NCBI GenBank assembly: GCA_964476905.1
Contig: CAYZHX010000001.1
Location: 16,712-80,711, forward strand
Reading direction: 5' to 3'
DNA length: 64,000 nt
Source: an uncultured Terriglobales bacterium
GTDB lineage: Bacteria; Acidobacteriota; Terriglobia; Terriglobales; Acidobacteriaceae
Shown here: piece by piece, positions 48,250-56,734 of the stretch
Layout: every line of letters begins with the position of its first letter
How positions within the stretch are numbered: the first letter of the stretch is position 1
The notes under the pieces: model-generated
Told to the model about the DNA's origin: nothing
The model's database searches: none
The model's input: only the letters and a program-made list of their open reading frames with translations
Translations under genes and position numbers: made by a program

Positions 48250-50121
48250 CTATACGGTTGCTGCACGCTGATCGTCGCCACCTAAAGCTTCAAGGACATC
48301 CGCCGCCGCGGAGTATCGGCCTAAAGGAGCGCTGATTTGTGCTCCTTGCACCTCACTCCGGACCGCGACCAGCATCTCCCGAGCAACCGCAATACCTTCA
48401 GCGCGAGCAGTTTCGGCATTGGCGGCAGCCGCCATGCGCGACAGAATTGAATCCGGAACGGAGACGCGCAGCTCGTTCTTCATAAACTCAGCGTTGCGAA
48501 CACTTACCAGCGGCCAGATGCCCGCGAGCACGGGAATCCGGCAGTGCTCGATGCGGCGCAGAAAATTCTCCAGCAGCTTGAGGTCGAATACTGGCTGTGT
48601 GACCGCGTACTCGGCTCCCGCCTCAACTTTGTATTCGAAGCGACGAATCTCCTCGTCCAGATTGGGTGCCCCAGGATTTGCTCCCACGCCGATGACGAAT
48701 CCGGTTGCATTTCCCATCGGGTTCGATCCAACATCGAGTCCCTGATTCAGGTTGCGGACAATGTTTACCAGTCCGATCGCATCCACGTCGAATACGGCCG
48801 TCGCATCGGGATAATTTCCCATTTTGGGCGGATCTCCGGTGATGCAGATCAGGTTGCGAATGCCAATTGCATAGCCGCCCAGCAGATCAGATTGGATGCC
48901 GAGCACATTGCGATCGCGGCAACTGTAGTGCAGCACGGTCTCGATTCCGACCTGCTGTTGAATTAGCAGACACAGCGCCTGGTTGCTCATGCGCGCCGAA
49001 GCGCGCGGACTGTCGGGAATGTTGATGGCGTCGATACCGACAGATTTCAGATATCGGGCCCCTTCTATCTCCTTTGTGGGACTCACCCCTTTGGGAGGCA
49101 CGATCTCAACCAGCGTCACAAACTTGCCTGCGGCGAGTTTCTCCCCGACCCGAGACCGCTTTTCCACCGCGACCGGCGCGAGCGCGGCGGGCATCCGGTT
49201 ATTCGCAGAAACGGCGGCCGGAACACGTTTTGCGTTACTCGCTCGGATCGCCGACTTCATCACGCGAATGTGTTCTGGCGTGGTTCCGCAGCAGCCGCCG
49301 ACAAAGCGCACCCCCGCCGCGACAAATTTTCGCGAGTAGCTCGCCATGTACTCCGGCGAACACAAATAAATGTTCCGTCCCTCAACGTTGCGCGGCATGC
49401 CGGCGTTCGGCATCGCAGAGAGAGGAGCCGTCGTTGCCTGTCGCAGACGCTCGATGGCGTCGAGCATTGCAACCGGACCAACGCTGCAATTGATGCCGAC
49501 TACGTCTGCGCCCCATTCGGCAAGCTTCGGGCCGAACTGCTCAGGAGTGGAGCCATCGAGACAACTGCCGTCTTCATCGATCGTGACCTGTGCCACTACG
49601 GGGATGTCGGGATTTACCTCGCGAGCGGCGAGGAGGGCCTGATGCAGCTCGTCCAGAGACCCGAAGGTCTCTAGGATCAACAAATCAACTCCGCCTTCGA
49701 CCAACGCTTCAATCTGCTGGCGAAAGGAATCGCGCGCCTCTTCTCTCGCCACTTTGCCCAGGGGCTCGATGCGTACCCCAAGCGGCCCCACAGCTCCGCC
49801 GACAAGAGCCTGAAAGCTTTTCGCAGCATCTCTGGCGATGCGGGCACCGGCGAGATTGATTTCGCGTGTTTTCTCCACCAGGCCGTGCCGAGCCAGTCGA
49901 AAGCTGTTGCCACCAAATGTATTAGTTTCAATAACTTCAGCGCCCGCGTGCAGATAGTCCTGGTGAATGCCTGTAATCAGATCAGGTTGTGACAGATTCA
50001 GTTCGTCATAACACCGGTTGATGAAAATGCCCTTTGAATACAAAAGGGTTCCCATCGCGCCGTCACACAGAACTGGACGCGCGGCCAGGGCAGTTATAAA
50101 GGCTGAATCAGAAGAACTCAT
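48250..50121 (-). CDS. bifunctional homocysteine S-methyltransferase / 5,10-methylenetetrahydrofolate reductase (YitJ-like)
   Basis: N-terminal Hcy-binding domain (LCDGAMGT, FVGGCCGTTPEHI). C-terminal MTHFR TIM barrel (FVTLVEIVPPKG, ITGDPP). Confidence 0.85.
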   Translation of the reverse strand: MSSSDSAFITALAARPVLCDGAMGTLLYSKGIFINRCYDELNLSQPDLITGIHQDYLHAGAEVIETNTFGGNSFRLARHGLVEKTREINLAGARIARDAAKSFQALVGGAVGPLGVRIEPLGKVAREEARDSFRQQIEALVEGGVDLLILETFGSLDELHQALLAAREVNPDIPVVAQVTIDEDGSCLDGSTPEQFGPKLAEWGADVVGINCSVGPVAMLDAIERLRQATTAPLSAMPNAGMPRNVEGRNIYLCSPEYMASYSRKFVAAGVRFVGGCCGTTPEHIRVMKSAIRASNAKRVPAAVSANNRMPAALAPVAVEKRSRVGEKLAAGKFVTLVEIVPPKGVSPTKEIEGARYLKSVGIDAINIPDSPRASARMSNQALCLLIQQQVGIETVLHYSCRDRNVLGIQSDLLGGYAIGIRNLICITGDPPKMGNYPDATAVFDVDAIGLVNIVRNLNQGLDVGSNPMGNATGFVIGVGANPGAPNLDEEIRRFEYKVEAGAEYAVTQPVFDLKLLENFLRRIEHCRIPVLAGIWPLVSVRNAEFMKNELRVSVPDSILSRMAAAANAETARAEGIAVAREMLVAVRSEVQGAQISAPLGRYSAAADVLEALGGDDQRAATV

Positions 50122-50319
50122 GAAAGAAGCTGCTTTCTTACCATCCTAACCGAAGCAGGCTTTCTTGCTCTCGCAGCTCGCCCGGCATCACTGAATTTTC
50201 AGAACTGATCCTGCCGAGATGCTCTGTGTCGATCGTCAAGGCTTTGCCGATACGCAATCCGACGACTCCGACCCCGCTGTTACCATTATGGTTAACGAAT
50301 CTGTGCGCGAGGTCTTAAC

Positions 50320-50850
50320 ATGAGTGCCACTGCAGCTCGGCCAGCACCAGCTGAGTACGACTCTTATTATTACCGCTATATTTCGCTCGTACCTGAGCAG
50401 GACGTGTTGATTTCGCTCGACCAGCAACTGGCCGACACGACGATCCTACTGCGCAGTCTTTCTGAGCAGCATGGCACGTTTCGGTACGAGCCCGGTAAGT
50501 GGAGCGTGAAGGAAGTTCTCGGACACATAGTCGACACCGAGCGCATCATGTCTTATCGTGCGCTGCGCATTGCGCGCAACGATCGCACACCAATTGAAGG
50601 ATTTGAGCAGGATGACTACGTCAAATACGGCAGCTTCGACAACCGTACCGTCGCCACTCTGGGCCGGGAATATGAGCAGGTCCGCCGGGCAACTATCTCC
50701 CTTTTCAGGAATCTGCCGGCCGATGCGTGGCTGCGCCGCGGTATTGCCAACAAGTTGGAAATCAGTGTGCGAGCGCTGGCTTATATCATCGCGGGGCATG
50801 AACTCCATCATCGCGCCTTGCTGAAGGACAAATATGGATTGGGGATCTGA
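50320..50850 (+). CDS. DinB-family protein
   Basis: Four-helix DinB_2 pattern (KWSVKEVLGHIVDTERI ... IIAGHELHH). Confidence 0.75.
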   Translation: MSATAARPAPAEYDSYYYRYISLVPEQDVLISLDQQLADTTILLRSLSEQHGTFRYEPGKWSVKEVLGHIVDTERIMSYRALRIARNDRTPIEGFEQDDYVKYGSFDNRTVATLGREYEQVRRATISLFRNLPADAWLRRGIANKLEISVRALAYIIAGHELHHRALLKDKYGLGI

Positions 50851-50866
50851 TTCTGAGCCAGACACC

Positions 50867-51730
50867 TCATCCGGTTTGTCCCGCTGCAGGATGGCCAGCT
50901 GGTCTAATCTCCCTGTAAAAGAAATCGATTAAGTGTTGTAGCAGCGTCTTACCGCCAACTTCGAGGTTCAGGGGAGGACTGTGTCCCATGCCATCGATGA
51001 GGAACGTTTCATGCGATAGCCCGATCTCCTTCGCGCGCGCGTCGATCTGTTCCGCCGCGCTCACGGTGATCGTTTGGTCTTCCTTGCCGTGAATGATGAT
51101 CAGCGGCGGCCCGCCCTTACGCATCCATTTCACGCGCGGACCCATTGTCCCCCACATATCGGCGACAGCACGAAAATGAGCTGGTTTCAAATCGGGATTG
51201 TAGGCGAGCAACATGGCAGTTACCGCGCCTGCCGACGAACCGCCTATGAACATGTGGGTCGAGTCCGCATGGAATCTACCAGCATTCGTTTCAATCCAGC
51301 GCGTTGCATGATCTGCATCTGCGACTGCCGCCATCACTGCACGGGTGTACTGGTCTTTTGCACTTCCCGGCGGATCGTCGGGAACTAGGCGATAGTTGAT
51401 CGATGCGCACACATATCCCCTTGCTGCGAACTCGCGACAGAGACTCGTCATCTCGCTCTTGTCACCAAAGAGGAAGCCGCCCCCGTGGATCGCGATCATC
51501 ACTGGACGTTTCCAAGTGGATTCGCCAGTATCCGGCTCATATAAATCAAGAAAGAGCGCTCGCTTTTGAGGGCTCGGCTGGCCGACCTCGCCGCTGCCAA
51601 ACTGAAGGTTACGTTCGACCTTAACTTTGAATTGCGGATCTTTGAAAAGGGCACCGCTCTTCGCTGAGCAAACGGAGATCGAAACAATGACAAGACAAGC
51701 TGTGGCAAGGATTTTCCGCATGAACATCAT
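50867..51730 (-). CDS. secreted alpha/beta hydrolase (HGGG-type esterase/lipase)
   Basis: ORF trimmed to the ATG cluster at about 51730 (MMFMRKILATACLVIVSISVCSA). Oxyanion IAIHGGGF, nucleophile FIGGSSAGA, C-terminal IIHG..D..GHS. Confidence 0.75.
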   Translation of the reverse strand: MMFMRKILATACLVIVSISVCSAKSGALFKDPQFKVKVERNLQFGSGEVGQPSPQKRALFLDLYEPDTGESTWKRPVMIAIHGGGFLFGDKSEMTSLCREFAARGYVCASINYRLVPDDPPGSAKDQYTRAVMAAVADADHATRWIETNAGRFHADSTHMFIGGSSAGAVTAMLLAYNPDLKPAHFRAVADMWGTMGPRVKWMRKGGPPLIIIHGKEDQTITVSAAEQIDARAKEIGLSHETFLIDGMGHSPPLNLEVGGKTLLQHLIDFFYREIRPAGHPAAGQTG

Positions 51731-51784
51731 TACCTTTGATGACTTGATTTTCGCATCCGGCTCAACATCCAATAGAGCTTACCG

Positions 51785-52480
51785 ATGTCTGAAGCCACAT
51801 TGCCATTGCCCGCGCGAATGCAGCTGAAACCACTCTCTCGATCGGTTTCCGCTTTGGAGGTGTTTACAGCTTGGGGTTTGATCGAAGCGACCATTTGGAC
51901 GTACGGCAGAACTCAGTCTCACTTCTTCTGGATTTCGGCCGCCTTTATCTTCACGAGCACGATCGCTCACCGTCCGCGGCTGCGCGACCTCGGACTGGGC
52001 CTGCAGGGCCTTCGATCCACACTATGGGTGATTCCAGCGGCCGTCGTAATCTCCAGCATTTCTGTTCTCATCGCGCGGTCCGTCGGAACTCTCCACCCAC
52101 TCTTCGGCGTGATTGGGATAGCGACCCACTCGTTCGCTTACTTTATTTGGGCCATCGTTCAGCAATTTATTCTGCAATCGTACTTTTTTCTGCGTCTGGA
52201 GCGACTCCTGCCAAGCCGTTCAGCAGCGGTCGGCAGCACGGTCCTGTTCACGCTGGCCCATATTCCCAATCCGGTACTGGTAAGCGTTTGCTTCTTTGCA
52301 GGCTGGGCCGCCTGCGAGATCTTCCGTCGGCAGCGCAATATTTACTGCCTAGGAATAGCCCATGCGATCCTTGGGCTTACCGTTGCCGTTACGGTGCCCA
52401 ACGACATTCAGAGGCACATGCGTGTTGGCATTGGCTACTTCCACTACCACTCGCAAACTGAGATTCCGCCCAAGGCGTGA
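51785..52480 (+). CDS. CPBP/CAAX-protease-family membrane protein with non-canonical motif 1
   Basis: Polytopic. Motif 2 FTLAH and motif 3 AHAILG are present. The EExxxR position reads QQFILQ. Confidence 0.6.
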   Translation: MSEATLPLPARMQLKPLSRSVSALEVFTAWGLIEATIWTYGRTQSHFFWISAAFIFTSTIAHRPRLRDLGLGLQGLRSTLWVIPAAVVISSISVLIARSVGTLHPLFGVIGIATHSFAYFIWAIVQQFILQSYFFLRLERLLPSRSAAVGSTVLFTLAHIPNPVLVSVCFFAGWAACEIFRRQRNIYCLGIAHAILGLTVAVTVPNDIQRHMRVGIGYFHYHSQTEIPPKA

Positions 52481-52499
52481 ATACCTGGCTTCGAACCCG

Positions 52500-54404
52500 T
52501 TACTTGAAACATTCGTGATGCCAGAGCAGGTCTTTGGAATACGGTCTGTTTTGATCCGAGATGGAATTTTGGCGTCCCATGAAATAGATGTCGAACCGTT
52601 CCAATGCCCACGAGTCTTTTGGCCATCGACCGGTATTCCAGGACCGGCATAGATAGCGGCCATAATAAAGCCGGTAAGCTTCGTATTGGCTCAGGTACAG
52701 ATTCATCAAGTACTTGCGCCAGCGCTCGTCTTTGTATTGATCGGCAAGACTTGCCGGCTTTTCATAACTGACCGGGCTTTCCGGGTGCAGAACATTCACG
52801 TGCGTTCCGTCTCGCAACTGCCCTTCAATGACGTACCAGCCATCGTAGGTGAGCGGATTGGGGGAAAACATGTCCCAGCGCTGATCGATCGCGAGGATGA
52901 GGCCTATAGTGTCGCCACCAGGTTGAAATGGTCTGGACGTGACAGATGATATGTTCCAAAACGATATATATATAATGAGAAACACTCCCGACAGCGTGAG
53001 TACAAGACTCGACTTTAGCTTGAGACGCTTTGGTTTAATCCAATCTGTAAGAGAGCTTAAGATCGTTCTATTTCTTTCAACCGCTTCATAGAATCGATCT
53101 CCCATCCTCGCGATTAGTGAAGCGCGTAGAAGTGCAGCAACCCACGGGAAAACGGGAGAGAGTGCAACTAGTTCCACGAAACCGTCCCACTTATAGCGGC
53201 GCTCCCCGTCAGTGCCAACGACGATCCAGCTTTTTCGCTGCTGCATCTCCAGCTCTGTCACGGGAAAGTCTTCAGCTGGTGTCAGGGTCGCAGCCGAAAG
53301 GAATAGAAAACTCCGCAAGATCCTTACGGCCTTGAAACAAAACGAACACTGTCCGTCGTAGAAGATCCGTGTCCCCGCTCCACTCTTGGGATGATCGGAC
53401 GTCCACGGCAAAATCTTTCGAACGATTTCTCGATTCCAAAACCAGGTTGGCAGAAGCGGCAGTGCAGCTATGCCTGCGATGTAAGGAAAGTGGCCCAGAC
53501 GAATCGACAGGCCCAACGCGGTGTGCAGTATCAGAATAAGAACCGCAGCGAGCAAGCGCGCCGGCCCAGCAAAGACTGGCACAAAGATCAGTGCTGGAAT
53601 CGAGCTTTCGTGGATCAACGTTCCACGCGTCAGCCAAGGGAGTAACTTGGGAAAGTGCAGTAGAAAACTCCCTAAAGGAGTCGACATTTGTTGAATGCTA
53701 AGCGCGTAAAAAACAGCGGTATAGTTTACGCGCCATTCCGGAGCACTCTTCAGTAGGACTGCGAAGATATAAACGAGCGCGATCTGTGCCATCAGCGCTA
53801 GGCCAAAGGTCGAAAAGTAGACAGGAGTTTTCCCGATCTTTTCCTCGTCCGGAGTAGTGTCCAACGCGGCATCTACCGAATACATCGCTCCCAACGGCAG
53901 AAAAATAGCAATGAACATCAGTTCGCGGAGGTAGACATCTCCTCCCTGGAGGATCACAGGATTTCTCATTTGCAGAGAAACCAGCATGAACCAGCTAGCG
54001 AAGGCCGCAAGTCGAGTACGAACTCCAAACAAAAGCATGACAGCGAACACGCCGGCTATGAGAAACAACGCTGCTTGAAATAGAAACTGGCCGCTGATTA
54101 AGTGAATGGAAAACCGCTCCGGCAGAGAAAAGTTATCGAGTAGGACCGCGCGCGGCAGGATTCCCCAATCTGTGTAGAAGACCGTCAGATCACAGGCGCG
54201 AGCAATGAGATCTCCGATCAAGACTAAGGCTAGTCCGACGCGAAAGAGCGCCAACGAGCGCAGGTCAAGGCTATAGGCGCGGCGCAGGTATGAAGCAAGT
54301 TTGACTAAGGGCTTGGCCACAATCCGCGACGGATTCGGCCGGGGCGCCTTCGGCGTTCGAGCCGTAGGCTTCCCTGTGATTAGGGTGCGTTCCAGAACGG
54401 TCAT
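52500..54404 (-). CDS. HTTM-domain membrane protein fused to a DCC thiol-disulfide oxidoreductase domain plus an unknown C-terminal domain
   Basis: aa 45-325: HTTM-like polytopic region (LDLRSLALFRVGLALVLIGDL). aa 345-450: DCC signature IFYDGQCSFCFKAVRIL. aa 465-634: TM helix plus a W/D-rich domain. Confidence 0.7.
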   Translation of the reverse strand: MTVLERTLITGKPTARTPKAPRPNPSRIVAKPLVKLASYLRRAYSLDLRSLALFRVGLALVLIGDLIARACDLTVFYTDWGILPRAVLLDNFSLPERFSIHLISGQFLFQAALFLIAGVFAVMLLFGVRTRLAAFASWFMLVSLQMRNPVILQGGDVYLRELMFIAIFLPLGAMYSVDAALDTTPDEEKIGKTPVYFSTFGLALMAQIALVYIFAVLLKSAPEWRVNYTAVFYALSIQQMSTPLGSFLLHFPKLLPWLTRGTLIHESSIPALIFVPVFAGPARLLAAVLILILHTALGLSIRLGHFPYIAGIAALPLLPTWFWNREIVRKILPWTSDHPKSGAGTRIFYDGQCSFCFKAVRILRSFLFLSAATLTPAEDFPVTELEMQQRKSWIVVGTDGERRYKWDGFVELVALSPVFPWVAALLRASLIARMGDRFYEAVERNRTILSSLTDWIKPKRLKLKSSLVLTLSGVFLIIYISFWNISSVTSRPFQPGGDTIGLILAIDQRWDMFSPNPLTYDGWYVIEGQLRDGTHVNVLHPESPVSYEKPASLADQYKDERWRKYLMNLYLSQYEAYRLYYGRYLCRSWNTGRWPKDSWALERFDIYFMGRQNSISDQNRPYSKDLLWHHECFK

Positions 54405-54656
54405 GGGGAGGCGCTTCGCTGCAACCTTAATACAGATGCCGAGGCAGGATGGAGCACTCTTCTTCAGTACATGAAACTAAAGTAATGAGCGGCAAAGCAG
54501 AAGAAACGTGTTTGCAACTCATTCTGTCACTTGCATTTCCAAAAGCACCTGACTTCGGTAACTTGAGAGCACAAGTAGATATCGGCTAAGTTCCGGGATA
54601 GCTCGCGAAGTCCGCAGTGTCGGATTGCGCGCTGCGCTTTTTCTGGGGAACTTGGA

Positions 54657-55358
54657 ATGACCGCCGAAAGACAACGTGGCTTCACCCTATTGGAAGCACT
54701 CGTAGTGGTCGCGATCATATTGATCGTGAGCGCGATTGCAGCTCCGCGAATGTTCCAGATCATCGATGCGCAAAAGCTGCAGTCATCTGCTCAGAGTTAT
54801 GCCGGTCTTCTGCAAGTGGCTCGTACTCGAGCCATTCAAGACAACCAGGTCTACCAAGTGCTTAGTGCCGTGAATGCTGGCGCAGCTGTAGCGTATGTCG
54901 ATTTGAACGGAAACAGCCAATGGGACCCACAAGGGGTAAACGGATCGGCTCCTGAGCCGGCGGTCCAAATGCCTACTCCGATCGACATTACGCAGACCAA
55001 TGCGCCGCAAGGCGTGCAGGGATTCGACACTATCCGGCCATTGAATATAGTTCCCCTGAACCTCGCAACCAATCCGCCAATGGTTAATAGCGGTGGATTG
55101 CCCAGCCCCGGTATTGCCTTCAATGAACGTGGGCTTCCGTGCCAGCGGACTGTCGCCGGCGCAGCGTGCAATAACGTATACACCGTTATTGTTCCGGGCA
55201 ATCCCCCCCAAGTCACCGCTGTGGCATGGGTCACTTACCTGAGATGGACCAGGCGGTCGGGTAACGGATTTGATTGGGGGGCGGTAAGTGTTTCCCCTGC
55301 AGGCCGAATCAGGACGTGGCGCTATCAAATAAATGGCGCCAACGGGAGTTGGCAATGA
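54657..55358 (+). CDS. type IV minor pilin / pseudopilin (FimT/GspH-like)
   Basis: Prepilin signal RG|FTLLEALVVVAIILIVSAIAAP. Confidence 0.8.
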   Translation: MTAERQRGFTLLEALVVVAIILIVSAIAAPRMFQIIDAQKLQSSAQSYAGLLQVARTRAIQDNQVYQVLSAVNAGAAVAYVDLNGNSQWDPQGVNGSAPEPAVQMPTPIDITQTNAPQGVQGFDTIRPLNIVPLNLATNPPMVNSGGLPSPGIAFNERGLPCQRTVAGAACNNVYTVIVPGNPPQVTAVAWVTYLRWTRRSGNGFDWGAVSVSPAGRIRTWRYQINGANGSWQ

Positions 55359-55954
55359 TGCGGAACGCAAAATGCAAGTTACGACGACATCGCCAAACCG
55401 GATTCAGTCTCATTGAGCTTCTTGTCGCGATGTTCATTCTCGTGATCGGACTCCTCGGCGGGATGGTCATCATCCTCGTCGCAATCGCCAGCAACGCCCA
55501 GAACCGATTCGACTCAACTGCTGTGACGCTGGCACAGAGCACGATGGACCGCATTCTTGTTCTGTCTGCGTCTTCGGTTGCTCAGAACACCTCTGTGGTT
55601 GACTGCACGGGAGCCGCGCACGTGATGAACACAACCGGGTCCGACCCGGGATTAGGCGCGCCTCTTACCACACTTGCAAGCATCGCTAACGGCAACCAGA
55701 TGATTGACTTCACTCAAGCTCCAGTTAACGGTTACCAGATGAATTACACGCTTTGCGCGGCTGGGGCGGCGGGCACTATTGGTAACAATCAAGTTTACGA
55801 CGTCCGCTGGCACATACGAAACATCCCTAACACCGGCGGAAATGCCCAGGTCGTTCTTGTTGCCGCGAAACCGCTCAACGAGAGCGGAAACGGTGTGAGT
55901 GAAAGCCGGTTCTTCAGGATACCTGTGACGCTGCGTGGAATACGAGGCAACTGA
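55355..55954 (+). CDS. type IV minor pilin (PilV-like)
   Basis: ATG 55355 overlaps the upstream stop (ATGA). Prepilin signal TG|FSLIELLVAMFILVIGLLG. Confidence 0.8.
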   Translation: MMRNAKCKLRRHRQTGFSLIELLVAMFILVIGLLGGMVIILVAIASNAQNRFDSTAVTLAQSTMDRILVLSASSVAQNTSVVDCTGAAHVMNTTGSDPGLGAPLTTLASIANGNQMIDFTQAPVNGYQMNYTLCAAGAAGTIGNNQVYDVRWHIRNIPNTGGNAQVVLVAAKPLNESGNGVSESRFFRIPVTLRGIRGN

Positions 55955-55956
55955 GT

Positions 55957-56730
55957 ATGAGCAGATCAGCCAAAAAGCGGAGTGCACAAGCGGGCTTCTC
56001 ATTAGTCGAGCTCGCGATCAGCATCTTGGTTCTTATCATCGTCATGGGTGCAGTGTTCCAACAGGTGAACAACGTCCAAAAAGTTACCAAAACGGAATCG
56101 CTGAAGCTTGATCTTACGCAGCAGAATCGGGAGTTCATCGATCAGTTTTCGCGGGACATACATATGTCCGGTTATCCTGGGCCCAAAATCTACTCCAACT
56201 ATCAAGGCCTGCTCGACACTGGTGCAGCTTCGGGACTCATATTTGTATCAACAACCGATCTTGTTTTTGAGGGTGACGTGTACGGGAATGGTACGGTGTT
56301 CCGTGTAGAGTACAAGTATTTTCCCAACGATCCCAATGACCCGAACTGCCCCTGCATACGACGGAGCGTAACTGCAAAAGCGGCAGGCGCCGACCCGGTG
56401 ACAGGCTACAATCCCGCTAACATCAAATACTACACCGAAGTCCAAAATGTAATTGATCCAACCGGAATGAATGAGCCGCTATTTACATACTTTCAGGCTA
56501 GCGGCGCAGAAGTAGTCGTGAACGCTAATCCGTGTAACCCTCTTGATGCCCCCCTTTCGCCTCCTCCGCCCCCGGCAAACGGTTGCGCCGATATCAAACA
56601 TGACACTTCGTTTATCCAGCAGATCGACGCCATCAAGGTAAATCTCAACACAAGATCGAGCCAATACGATTCACAAACAAGAAGCCAACAGGTGAACTCC
56701 CTCTCAGCTATTGCAGAACTGGAGAACTAA
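55957..56730 (+). CDS. type IV minor pilin (PilW-like)
   Basis: Prepilin signal AG|FSLVELAISILVLIIVMG. 2-nt gap to the upstream gene. Confidence 0.8.
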   Translation: MSRSAKKRSAQAGFSLVELAISILVLIIVMGAVFQQVNNVQKVTKTESLKLDLTQQNREFIDQFSRDIHMSGYPGPKIYSNYQGLLDTGAASGLIFVSTTDLVFEGDVYGNGTVFRVEYKYFPNDPNDPNCPCIRRSVTAKAAGADPVTGYNPANIKYYTEVQNVIDPTGMNEPLFTYFQASGAEVVVNANPCNPLDAPLSPPPPPANGCADIKHDTSFIQQIDAIKVNLNTRSSQYDSQTRSQQVNSLSAIAELEN

Positions 56731-56734
56731 CCCG

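Noticed and set aside
50122-50319. SAM-I (S-box) riboswitch expected upstream of a yitJ-like gene
   Set aside because: Conserved S-box elements (GGAGGGA, GCAACC and the AUC...GAU P1 helix) were not found by eye. This is left as an open question in the findings and not called as a feature.
52481-52500. tRNA-like GGTTCGAAGCC sequence (minus strand) between the CPBP and HTTM genes
   Set aside because: The flanks do not form a T-stem (ACGGG versus CCAGG are not complementary). No acceptor or anticodon arms could be built.
54405-54656. Sigma-54 promoter upstream of the minor-pilin operon (TGTCACTTGCAT)
   Set aside because: There is no GG-N10-GC spacing. The TGTCAC and TTGCA elements are directly adjacent, so the sequence does not fit the -24/-12 consensus.
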